Assembly: GCA_004431415.1 (NCBI GenBank)
Contig: QPMI01000282.1
Coordinates: 1-64,000, forward strand
Reading direction: 5' to 3'
Source of the DNA: Cyanophora paradoxa CCMP329
Lineage: Eukaryota > Plantae > Glaucophyta
DNA length: 64,000 bases
Of the stretch, positions 49,000 through 60,911 are shown piece by piece. Each line of letters starts with the position of its first letter. Position 1 is the first letter of the stretch. The translations under genes were made by a program, and so were the position numbers. The notes beneath the pieces are model-generated. The model searched no databases and was not told the DNA's origin. It saw only the letters and a list, made by a program, of their open reading frames with translations.

Positions 49000-49239
49000 A
49001 TGGCGAAGGGCAAAGCAAAGTCCATCTTGATCAAGCTCCTCAGCACGGCGCAGACCGGTTACTTCTACGTGCGCTGCCGCGCCGAGGCCCGCGGGCGCCT
49101 CCGCGCCAAGCTGACGTGCCGCTCGATCGCCTAGGTAACGAAGAAGAACCCCAGGAACATCCCGCACAAGCTCGCGTTCGTCAAATACGACCCCATAGTC
49201 AAGAGGCACGTCCTCTTCCAGGAGACGAAGATCAAGTAA
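49000..49239 (+). CDS. rpl33: Ribosomal protein L33 (bL33, probably mitochondrial)
   Basis: [23 protein letters not shown]|[34 protein letters not shown]; one 66-nt GT-AG intron at 49069-49134. Confidence 0.96.
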
Positions 49240-49607
49240 ATGTAGCGTGTGTTTCAACGTGAAAGGTTCATATCCAGTGCCCGACGGACCGCTGCGAGTG
49301 CCCCGCCGCCCCAGCAGCACTGCGCCACGCTCCACCGCCGCCGCCCGCCCCGCCGGCGCCGCATGCGCAGCTGGAAGCTCACGCATGCAGATTCTCTCGC
49401 TGCGCATGCGGGAGTGCCACGCGCTGGCGCATGCATCCACCTGAGGCCCAGTCCCGAGGCCACATCACATTGGCACCAGCTGGCTCGGGGGGCGCTCGCA
49501 TTAAAGGCTGTGCCGCGGCACAGGATGCACTTACAGGTACTACTGCACTAACCTACTAAACTACTGCACGTCGGCGCCGCACGGCGGACGGGGCGCGCCC
49601 GTCCCCG

Positions 49608-51510
49608 CTAGTGGCCGACCCGGCCGGAGAGGGGTCCGGTGGAGCGCTGGGAGCGGGGGGTGGTGCCGACGGTGACGGGGGGCGCCCCGGCGGCCTCGGC
49701 GCCCTGCCGGCGGGCCACGAGGCGCGTCAGGCGGCGCTCGAAGAGGTCGAGGTCCACCATCTCCGCCGGCGCCCGCTGGGGCGGCTCGCCCCCCGGCCCC
49801 GTGCTCGAGCGCGGCGACGGGTTCGAGCCGCCGCCGCCGCCGCCCGTTGCTGAGAGGGCCTGGCTCTGGTTCGCCGCGGAGGAGGACAGGGCCGCGGTCA
49901 CGAGGGAGCCCTGCGGGACCAAGGGGCCGTGGGCGGGGATGGGCCCGGGCGGCAGCGCGCCGGCCGCGACGGCGCGCTTGCGGCCGGCGGGGGAGAGGGT
50001 CTGGAAGTGGGAGGGGAATATGATGGCGTCGCCGGCGGCTGCGGCCTCGAGGGTCCGCCGGTCCTCCTGCTCGCGCTCGCGCTGCTGCGCCCGCTGCACA
50101 AACGCCGGCTCACCGAGCGCCAGCTGCTGCTGCCGCCGCGCCGCCGCCCGCTCCCGGTGCTTCGCCCGCGTCTCCTCCGCCTTGCTCGCCAGGCTCTGCC
50201 GCCGCTTCGCTCGCGCCTCCGTCAGCGCTGCGCCCGCCCCGCCGCGTCGGGGGCGGATCGATCGATCGAGCGAGCCCCGGCCCCGGCTCGGGCCCCGGAG
50301 CCGCCCGCGCACCCTCGACCTCGCACTTGTTGAGCTCCTCGCGCCGCAGCCGCTCGCGCTCCCGCTGCCCGCCGCGCGCGCGGCCTCAGCAAAGGCGGGC
50401 GGGGGCGATGGCTTCGACGAGGCCAGAGAGGGCGCACCCCCTCCTCGGTGCTCCCGAAGTCGCGGTCCCTCGTGAGGGCCGTCGAGAAGTCCCGCGGGTG
50501 CTGGGCTAGCCGCAGTTGCTGCGGGGCCGCGGTGAGTGAGACCGGGCCGGGTACGGGGCGGGGCAGTACGGGTGCACAAGGGGCGCACCACGGCGTTGTA
50601 GTCGTTGCAGAAAGCGCGGTCGAGCGTCGTGGCGCCCGTGCGGAGCGAGGAGGAGCCCGAGGCGGGACGGCGCTCGGTCATGGAGCCCTCGGAGGGCGGC
50701 CGCCGGTGCGCGTGGTGCACGCTCGGCCGCGGCGGCTCCCGCGCCGTCATCGCGCGCCCCTCGCCCCGCGCCCACCGCTCGCTCGGCGGCTGCGGCTCCC
50801 GCGCCGAGGCCCACGCGGCGCTCGAGCGGGCGCTCGGCTCGCCGGCCGCCTCCGCCGAAGGCCGCTGGGAGGCGGCCGAGCCGGGCCTGCTCGAGGTCCG
50901 CGCCGTGGGCGCGTGCTGGTAATTCTTCAGCACGTTCTCCACGCGCTTGTGCGGCAGCGGGTAGTCGTCGCTGAGGAGGTTCGTGTACGTCTGCTGCGCC
51001 CAGTTCCGCAGCCAGCCGCTCCGGATCCCCATCGATTCCAGCTCCGCTACCTCCCTCTTCGTCCTGTCCATGAAACTGTGGCCCTCCTGCGGGCGCGCGG
51101 CGCTTAGCTAGGAGTCCGAGACCTCAGGGGCGGTTAGCCCTTCCGCCATCCGCTAGCTAGGATGCCCAGGACAGCGCAAAAACGACGGCCTACCGTTGTG
51201 CTGAGCTTGCTGCCCATCTAATGGCCCGGAGGTCAGCAGGGCGCGGGCGGGCCAAGATAAGCCGGGCCCGGACCTTGCCCTCGAAGGTGTCAATCTCCTC
51301 CCAGACGCTCTCCTTTGCGTGTTCCGCCTTCAGCTGGCGGATGAGACTCGCTTTCCTCCCCGGCGTCAAGGTTTCAGAAGGCTCGAGGTTCGCCACAGGC
51401 GTGTGCTTAACGGGGCGCAGCGAAGCCATGAGGGCCTCGTATTCGTGACCTGGGCGCTTTTCTTCCTCATCCTGTGCCGCTCGGCTACGCTCCGTCCGGT
51501 GCGTGTCCAT
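49608..51510 (-). CDS. Hypothetical multi-exon protein
   Basis: MDTHRTE...WEEIDTFEGK; FMDRTKREVAELESMGIRSGWLRNWAQQTYTNLL; coiled-coil middle region; stop at 49608. Confidence 0.6.
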
Positions 51511-51598
51511 TGCTGGCCGCTTGGTGCTGGGAAGGCTGTACCCCCAGCCACTCGATTCCCCGGTCGCGGCTGAAATCGCAAAAAGAGCAGCTTCCACG

Positions 51599-54500
51599 AT
51601 GGGGTTCAAGACGCCGGGAGAGGTCTATGCCTACCTCGAGGTGCGCTCTTCCACCGCCGTCTCGCTCCGAGCGCGGCGGAGCGAGTGCCAAGGCTGACGC
51701 CCGTGCGCTGCCGCAATTCGCACCTGCGCCAAGTAGAAAGCGGGTACGCACGATTTCTTGTATCTTTCGCGCACGCGCGCCTCACTCCGCCCCGCAGGAG
51801 CGAAGAAATGCCGTGCGCCACCCGCCCGCCCGCGGCCCGCGCTGCGCCTTTGCACTCGCTTGTTCCGGCGCACAGTCGCCGAGCGCGGCAGTGCCTCGCT
51901 GACTCTCGCTCGCCCTTTCCGATCTTGCGCGTTCGCAGTTGATCTCCCTTGGCACCGCACCTTCACGCAGGCGTTCGCGGCAGGCATGTACGTCGCGCTT
52001 GGAGCGACGAACGCGTGAGCGGCCCGACTCCCGCCTCCCCGCATTTGCTCGAGCGCCTCGCAGATTTACCATCGCGGGCGGCATCATCACGCGTCACTCC
52101 GCTGACGAGCCTGGCACCGATCCCGGCTGGCAGAAGCTGGCCTACGGGGCCGTCTTCCCAATCGGCATCATGCTCGTGCGCGCTCCTCGCTTCGCGATTG
52201 TTCCGTTCTTCGAATTCCGAGCATTCCTCGTCCACAGGTCGTCTGGGCGGTGCGCTGAGCGATTCGATGCCATCTGAGCGCGCTGCATCTACCGCGCGAG
52301 CGTCGCTGCTGAGCGCCTCGCGCTTCCCGGACTCGCGGCCGCTCACCCGTGCCGTATACGTACGCGTCTTGCATTCGCTGGCGCAGGGGGCGGAGCTTTT
52401 GACTTCGAACATGTTTGTTCATCCCCTCCGAACGCCAGCGCTAGTGGCCATTTCTAGCTTGACTCGCTTCGTACGCTCCGCAGGATGGTTGACGTGATCG
52501 ATTTCGTGCACCGCACCAGCTGGAAGACCTTCGGCGGCGTCATGAAGAACTGTGCGACCCGTTTCCGCCTTCCGAACTGCGCCGAGTCTTGACAGCTTGT
52601 CGCTCGCGCAGGGACCATCGTGCGCAGCCCCGAAGCACTGCGGCTCACGCGTCGCGCAGCGGCTCACGCGCCGCGCCGGCAGACGTGGATCGGGAACCTG
52701 TGCGGGTGCTTCTTCACGAGCTACTTCCTCTCGTACCACACGGGTCTCTTCGCGAACGACCCCTGGCACCACTGGGTCATCTCCTTCGTCGAGCACAAGG
52801 CATGCGCATGCGCTTTCGATGTCGGAATCGAATTTGATCCAGGCGCGCGCGCGCGCGCTCACTGCGGACTCGCGGTCGCAGGCCGAGCTGGAGTGGTACC
52901 AGGTCTTCCTTCGAGGCATCGGCTGCAATATCCTCGTGGTGCGAGCCGCACGCGATCCCCTTTCCCGGCCGGCCCGGGCCCACCTTTAGATCTTCTCGCG
53001 CTGAATCCGATGCCGGCGCAGTGCATGGGCTACTTCATGGCCGGCGCGGCGGTCCGTGTCGAAGGCTCTTGGCTTCTGTGCTCGCCGCTCACTTGGCCCC
53101 CGGTGCCGGCCCGCAGGACGACGCGACGGGCAAGTTCGTCTGCCTCTGGTTCTCCATCTTCGTGCGCGGTACCCCCCGGAGAAAGGGTCCGCTCGAGCTC
53201 ACCTTAAACCCGCCCGCCCGCCCGTCCGGCCGGTCGCAGACATTCGCCAGCATCGGCTACGAGCACTGCATCGCGCGCCCGCCCCCTTCCGCCCCGCCGC
53301 CCGCTCCCCTTGGCTTCTTTGAGGCTGTGCCGCGCCAGGCGAACATGTACTACTTCCCGACGGCCATCATGTACGGGGCCCACGTCACCTGGTCCGCATC
53401 GGGTCGTACCCCTGGCCCAGCCTGGTGTGCCCTCCTCGCTCCGCTGAGCTTGGGCCGAGCAGGGGCCGCGCGTTCACGAACTTCATGGTCTCCACCTTCG
53501 GCAACATCGTCGGAGGTGCGCTTCACCTGTTTTGCGCCGTGGGCGAGCGCGCGGGAGCTCGCCAACTCTGTTGTGGTTTCGGTCCTTTAGCCGTCGTCTT
53601 TTGCGATCTCATCTTTTGGTGCGGGCGCCCCCGCCCGCCCGCCCCACCGCCCCGGCTAGTTCGGCACCCGACGCGGGGCGGGCGGGCCGGGGCGGGCGCA
53701 GGTTCGGGTTCGGGCGGCTCTACTTCCGCGAGAACCCGCTCATGCCGGCGCACAACTGCCACCGCCACGATTCCCGGTGAGCCTGCCCGGCCCGCACCGC
53801 GCCTGGCTTCCTTCCTTTCTCCGCCGACTCGTGTCCTCCCTCTCTCTCCGTGCAGGCCGACGGACCACCTGCCGGCGGACAAGATCAAGATGAACGACAT
53901 CGTCTCGCTCATGAACCCGCGCAACTCCAGCATCGACCCGCCCTCCGCCGCCTCCGGCAGCGGCGAGTCCGGATCCGTGCGCCCTGGGGCCCACTTCATT
54001 GTTTTTCAAGCTGAAGCTCACGGCCCGGGCGCAGCACTGCGGCGTGAGCGTGCCGATGAACCCCTACGCCACGTGCGCCGCAGCACCCCCCCTCACGCCT
54101 TGCCCCTCCCGCCCTCCAACCCTCTGGCCTCTCGCAGCTACAGCGGGCTGGCGCCGGCGGGGACGTGCAGCTACTTCAAGCGCTACGTGCACAAGGACGG
54201 CCGCGTCGTCACCGCCCGCGTGCGCCTTGGAGAGGAAGGAGGCCTCTAACTGGATGACATACATGCTTCTAGAGCGCTGCGCCGGCCCTCCTTCCCTTCC
54301 CAGCCGACCGGGCGCGCGGTCGCGCGCAGGTGGAGTCGAACGTGCTGCGGGGCACCGACGGCACGCCGCAGAGCCTCGAGGCGCACGTCTTCCTCCCCGA
54401 GACCCCCGAGGAGGTGTGTGTCTCCGGGCCCGCCGGCCCTGGCCGCCCCCGCCCCCGCCCCAGCCCCAGCGCCAGCTTAGCCGCCCGCAGCGCGGAGTGA

Positions 54501-55005
54501 TCGTCATCGAGCTGACGCCCGACGGCCGCGCCGACCACATCATCTTCGCGAGCAAGGCCCGCGCCCTCCACTCGACCCCTCACCCCCGCCCCTCTGCGCG
54601 GCCTCTGACTCCGAGCCGCGCGCACAGTCCTTCTGCGACCTCCTCGGCTTCTCCGAGGAGGAGCTCAGGTGAACATGAGCTTCAGCTCCCTTTCCCCTTC
54701 CCCGCTCGTTTCTCAGGTGGCCGGCTTAACTCTCGCATTCGAATTCGCAGGAGCCGCCCGCTCAACTCCGTGACACACCCGGACGACTTCGCCATCTCCG
54801 ACAACGCCGTCAGCAGGCGCGCGAGCCGCGCCCCGCCCCGCCCCGCCGCGCCCTAAATATCAACGGCGGCTCGGGCAGGGTGCTGAAGGGCAAGGCAAAC
54901 GGCGACGCCGGCGCGGCGCTCCCGGCCGTGCTCGAGGGCGCCAACCGGCGCCGCTCGTCGGTTCCCATGCCCAGTCCCAGCGGCTCCATCACCGTCGACG
55001 TGTGA
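51599..55005 (+). CDS. Formate/nitrite transporter (FNT; NAR1/FocA/NirC family) with C-terminal PAS-derived module
   Basis: FNT motifs AFAAGMYVALG, GAVFPIGIMLVVWAGAELLTSN, NWTITWIGNLCG, FLRGIGCNILVC, FASIGYEHCIANMYY, TFGNIVGG. Tail has KRYVHKDGR and FCDLLGFSEEEL..VTHPDD. Confidence 0.93.
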
Positions 55006-55539
55006 GCGCCTCTATGTTCTGTCGCGCCGGAATTCGGCTGTCCCAAGCTGACGTGGGAGTCTCGGCCGCAGGACAAGCCCCGGCTACAGCCTCCACAAGT
55101 CCGTGGACTGATGAGGCGGCTTCAACCTTCCGTGGGGCCCGCACCGGATCCGTCGGGCCCGGCGCTGGCGGCGGCGCTGCGATCAGAGGGGATATATATC
55201 GGCGGGCGCCAGCTGCGGGTGGTCGCGCGGCCACAGCTTCATTCGATCTCTTAGCTTGACCACTGAAGGGCCACGAGTGCCGGAAAGCGAGCGCCAGCGA
55301 ACAGCACGAAGGAGGCGGCTCGAGGTTCTCCGAGCCCACATGTACAGCTGCGCAGTGCGCGCGCGCGGACTCGAGGCACTGTGCACCAAACATTAATCGC
55401 AGATAATTCGTTAGGTAGCCTAGTCGCCATCTGTATATAAACAAGAGCAGCAAGGACGTCGACGTCGACTTTCGAATTCATCGACGTCATGATCAGTATA
55501 TATACGTACTATATCAGCTAGAGCTCAGCGTGGCGACGA

Positions 55540-57450
55540 TCATGCGAAGTAAAAAGAGCCGCCCGCGGCCGGCGGCAGCGAAGAGGGGAAGGGCGACCGC
55601 CCGGTGCGGTCGGAGAGAGCGGGCTGGGCGCGGGGGAAGGCGGGGGGGAGGGGCGGGAGCGGGGGGAGGGCGGGCTTCGAATTCGCCAGCGAGGGCAGCC
55701 CCGGCGCCGGCACCGGCAGGCCGTGTGGGCTCCAGGGGCCAAGAAGCTCGCCCTCTGCATGCGCAGCGGCGGCTGCAGGGACGGGGGCGAGGCTGAGGCG
55801 CCTCAGCGCGCCCCCGGGCCGGGGCGGGGGGGCCGAGGCCCCTGGCGGCGCCCGCGCCGGGGCGGCGCGGGGGAGGCTCGCCACGTCTGACGAGTGGCGC
55901 CGCGGGTGCCCCGCGGGCGCTGCAAGCGCGGCAGCAGCGGCCTCGGAGGGGTTGGGCCCTGACCAGCTCCGGGACTGCCGGACGGGGCAGTGGCGGGCCG
56001 TGACAGGCGGGCCGGCGCCGGCGGGCGTGGGCGGCGGCGGCGCGGTCGCGCCGGGGGGAGCGACGACCGGGAGGGGCAGGGGGCGGAGCGGGCGGGGGCG
56101 GGGCGGAAGGAGGGCGCTGCCCTCGAGACCGCGGAGCAAGCCCGACGAGGGCCGGGGTGGGGAGGAGAAGAAGGCGGCGAGGCCGGCACCGGTACCCTCC
56201 CCTAGGCCTGGAGGCGTCCAGGGTCCTGGGGGGGTAGGCGGGTACGTAAACGGCGGCGAGTCCGCGCCGGTCGTCGCCGACGATGTGCCGGAGGGGTACG
56301 GTGGAGAATCGGCGCTCGATCGAACGGCGGGGAAGAACGGGGGCGAGTCGACGCGGCGGGGGCCCGCGGCCGGACCGCGGGGTGGAAGAAGAAGGGAGGC
56401 TGAGGCGGGGCGGGACGGGAGTGGAGAGCTCCCCGCGGACGACGGGGCGGATCCAGAAGCTGCCGGGGCGGCGGCCGCGGCCGCGCGGGCGGGGCCCGGG
56501 GCGCCCATGTCGCCGCGGCTGCCGCAGAGCGCGCGGTACGCGGCGTCTGTGATGGGGCGGATCGAAGCGAGGCCGCCCCCGAACGGGGGCGGCGTACGGG
56601 TCGGACGACGCGGCAGGGGCAAGGAGACGCGGCGCGCCGATGACGATCGCGAGCTCGAGCTCGAGCCGCCGAGGGGCTGCGGCGTTAACGTTTTCCGCCG
56701 CCTCATCCTGTCGAGAGCTGATCATGAGCGAAGCAGCCTGAAATTAAAGGAGGGAAATGAACAGAGGCGTACCCCGAGGGGGCCGGGGGGCTCGGGTTCG
56801 CGCAGCAGCCGACGACGACCTCTGCGCATGCGGAGGGGCCGAGGCGACTCAGAGACGCGTACCCCCGCGCAGATGCAAGAAATGAAAGTTGTACCCCCGA
56901 CCTCCCTCAGGACGTCGAATCCCCGCCCCTCGTCCCACTTTGCGACGGCGGCGTAGAGCCTAAGCAGGAATGCGGCGTAAACGGCCTGAAGGGTACAGGT
57001 AATTATAAATACAATTAATCAGACAGAGAAGAGGGGATGAGAAAGGGTAAAAGGAGCACCGCGGAGACGCCGTCAGTCCAGGTGTCGGCTATTTGGAAGA
57101 CAGAACGTCGGAAGAGGGGCCTGGGCATGGCGTCTCGCCCTCGGCTGCATATGCATGCGCAGTTAAATGTTTAAATTGTTGACGCAGAAAAACAATTAAG
57201 ACCAATTGAGATTCCAATGCGGAATGAATTCAGGAGACTAAGATCAAGAGAAGCCTCACCTGTCCATCTCCCAGTCCTGGACAGCGGTCTGGAGGGCGGC
57301 GGAGGGGTCCCACTCGGCGTGCAGAGCCCGATACATGCACGCGTGGAACCGCTGCGGGGGTACGCGACGATTAGGGAGGGGTTACAAAGGGGGGTACAGA
57401 GGGGGTGCGGACCTGGAAGGAGCGGAAGGGGAGGTCGCCCGTGTCCGGCT
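55540..57450 (-). CDS. Hypothetical protein with EF-hand-like N-terminal region and Pro-rich tail; possibly decaying
   Basis: Exons PDTGDLPFRSFQ|RFHACMYRALHAEWDPSAALQTAVQDWEMD, FRRSVFQIADTWTDGVSA and AVYAAFLLRLYAAV. Upstream exons unresolved. Confidence 0.5.
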
Positions 57451-59141
57451 CGGAGAGGGGGCGCGCTAGCTGACAGAACTGGGGGGGGCGGTATTAATTA
57501 AATATATAGTGATCAAGCCTTGAAGGTGGGCTGATCACAATTATACAATCATGATCATGACTCTAGATCTTTAATAAAGGGCCACTGACTTGCCGCGCGC
57601 GTCAGTTGGGTCCGGGGAAGGGCATTTAACCTCGGCGAATCCAAGATCTAGATGCAGAGGGCAGCTGCAGGGACTTATATAATTAAGCTTAAGCTTAAGA
57701 AGGCGCGCGCGCGGTGGCCAGCTGCAGGCGAGCCGCCGGGCCGGCTCCGGCCGAGGCTGGCCATGCCAGGCGAGCTCAGCGGCTGTCCTCGCGATCGAGG
57801 CGAGCTGTCCTCTTAGAGGTAGACCTCATGATCAGGGCCTAGCGAGCTAGCTATAGCTATGTAAGGCGCGGGCCTTGGGAAGGGGGAGGGAACCTTAAGC
57901 TTGTCTGGCCATATGCATGGACGTGCTCGAGCTCCTGCCAGGCTGCGCATGCCCCGCGGCCGTCGCGCGCGTGAGGCGTGGCGGGTGCACGAGTGCGCAT
58001 GTGCTGCGGGTGCACGTGCGTCCCGGCGTGGCTATATATATAGCTAGGGGCTGGCCTAGGCCTCCGCGCGATCTGGGCGCGGGCGCGGGGACGCTGCTCA
58101 AGCTCACGTTCCGCTCAGAAAGCTGCGCAGCGGGCCAGCTCATGATCATGATCAGCGGCGCCGGCTGCAGCAGGCATGCGCATCGCGCGCGCGCGGGGCT
58201 CTGCGTCGCGCGGCGCGCGCGCCGCGCGGCCGCGGGCGTCGGCTTGTTGCAAGTGGCATAGCCGGCCAAGTGCGGTCGGCTTGCGGCCGGCTTGTGCAAT
58301 TGCGTCGGGGCGCGGTTGGCGCGGGTGAAGCGTGCGCGGCTGGCGCGGCTAGCCGCTGAGCCACAGCAAACTGCCGCGCGCGCGAGAGGCGTAACCATTG
58401 TTGAGCCGATCGAGCCGAGCTGCGGCGCCCGGGGAGAAAGCGTGGGGGAGAAAGTGGCCGGGGGAGACCGTAAAAAGACTTTTGCAGGGTAAGTTAACGC
58501 ACTCTCCAATGTGATTGGCTAGCGCGCGCGGCGTCCTCCCACGCGACCGCGTTCGCGCCCGGCCTCGCTCTTGCAGTACGGAATGTCAAACATGATGCGC
58601 GCAACGACCTCGAACTGGTCTGGCCCGTATATCTGCTCTCTGTGCGTCGCTGGACCCATTTTTGTCCCGGGTGTTGGTGCCTGTTCCTGGATCACCCTTT
58701 GGTCGGACGGGACCGGGAGACATGGTTTCGGGGTCCCCTGGGGATGCGCTTTCAGGATGTACCGCGCGGCCCCGGTTTTGCGGAGGTCGGGGAAATGGGA
58801 TTTGGGTTAGGGTTGGCCAGTGGGCCCAAGGGACAGGGACAGGGGAAGTGTTTTACCCTTCCCCAATCAATGCGCCGACCTTCTCGATTCCCGCGAGGAC
58901 CTCGGGATCGAAACGAAGGCTTTCCCGCGTCAGCAGCGCCCGGTCGCTGAAGGATCGGAGGGCGCGCTCAAATTTGATTCAAATTCAAAAGACGGCGCTG
59001 TGAGGCCGCCGGATCGGACCTGTGGAGGGCGGGGTCGAAATGGGGATCTCCGGGGGCCGGCGACGCGAATGAGGACCGCAGCTCCTCGATCAGAGGCGGC
59101 TGCGGGGGGGCCGGGGCCAGCTGAGTCGAGCTGGGTCATGA

Positions 59142-59635
59142 TCAGCTGCAGGTGAAAGAATTCAAGCGTACCGTGTACGATCGCGAGGGGGCTGACTGCT
59201 TTGGGGGCGCGGAGCGGGGTCGCGCGCGCGAGGCCGAAGGGCGCAGGGTAGCTGGGGCGCCGGCGCCGGCGCTGCGGGGCCGCCCGAGAAGCACGCGCGG
59301 GAATCGATATTCGGCCAGAGCGTCGACGTCGGACAGGATGGAGGCGGCCGCCTGGAGGTCCGCCAGGACGCGCTGCTCGTGCGACGCAGCGGCGGCAGCT
59401 GCGGCGTTAACGTCGGTCGCACCCGCGGCCGCGGCGGCCGGCGCGTATGCATCCAGCTCCCCGCCGGCGCCGCCGGCCGCGGGCGCGGGCTCGGGGCTCT
59501 CGCTGCACTGAGATGCCGAGCGATGGGAAGCGCTGCAGCTGGCCAGGGCGAGGGCCATGAATCCAGATCCTTCTTCGGCCGAGGCTGGGGGCGCTCCCAC
59601 GTCCGTTATATCTATGGCCGCGGCGCCGGCTGACT

Positions 59636-59684
<49 letters not shown>

Positions 59685-59765
59685 TGCGCCGACGTCGGCG
59701 GGCGCACCATATGCATGACCAGCGCCGCCGGCCGCGGCGCCGGCGCCGCTGTCAGTCTGATCCAT
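59142..59765 (-). CDS. Ala-rich hypothetical ORF
   Basis: In-frame (GCC)n poly-Ala at ~59636-59682; helix HEQRVLADLQAAASILSDVDALAEY. Confidence 0.3.
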
Positions 59766-60911
59766 GCGCATGTTGCTCGCTTCAAGGCTTCACTGCACCG
59801 CGCACTGATATCGATATATACTGATCGCTTCAGTGCAGCTCAGCGGCTGCGACCGGTCGCCGGCGCGCGCAGCGCACGCGTTCGCGCGCACCAGCTGCTG
59901 AGCGCCACGAATCCCGCGATGCACCAGGCGCGCATGCGCAGCTGCGATTCGAATTCCTGATACTAGTATCGCCTGCAGCATGCGCACGTGCGGGCGTACG
60001 TATACGCGGCGCCGTCGGGAGCTCGAGATCTAGAGCGCCAAAATTAGCGCTCAAGCTGCGGCGCGGCTCAACTGCCACATCATGGGCCTTCATCATCAGC
60101 TTCATGGCGCTGCATGCGCAGCTAGCGATCGCGATGGCGGACGTCGACTCCGATCAAATTCGAACTCGGAGGTGCGAAAAAAAGGACTCCGGGAATCCGA
60201 ACCGGGATCTCCGAGGCGAAAATAATCGCTCGGAGTCGGAGCCATTTCCCTCACCTGATCATGAGCCGCCGGGCCGCGAGGCTGAGCCGCTGAGCCGCCT
60301 GAGCGCTCATCGAGCATGGGCGCTCACTGGCTCATCCCTGAGCGACACCGGCCCGCGGCGCCGGCGGCTACCGGCATGCCGGCTGCGGTCGCTAGCGCTC
60401 ACTGAGTCAAGCGCTAGCGCTTATGATCATGATCATGATCAGCCTGGGCTCGGCCGCGGGAAGTCGGGCCCCGGGGGGCCCGGGGACCGGCCGTACCGTG
60501 GGTCATGCATATATATGATCGCCGGCTCGCGGCCACGGGACGCAGCCTGCAGCTGGCGGCGCCGCGGTGCAGCCGGTGGAGACCGGATCCGGAGCCGCGG
60601 GGCCCGGGGGCCGCGGCGCCGGCCGGGCCCGGCCGGCCGCGCGCGGGGCCGGGGCGCCGGGGGGCCCGCGGCGGCAAGCCTGGCAAGCTGGCAACGTTAG
60701 CGCGGTACTGAGTTATACGTTTATGGTATATGCGCGCGCATGCACATGTATTACTCGCTTAATCCTAAATTAATTTCCATTTCGAATTCGGCCGTCCCCG
60801 GTCCCGGCCCGGAGTCCCCCTAGGCCATATAGGCCTAGGCCTGCTCGAGCTCCCCCCTTCTCGAGCTCCCCAGGTCAATGGTTCCAATCGCGATTTGTCA
60901 TCGCACTCGCA

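Noticed and set aside
58797-58816. Telomere-like gggatttgggttagggtt
   Set aside because: Only one exact TTAGGG unit; too short to call.
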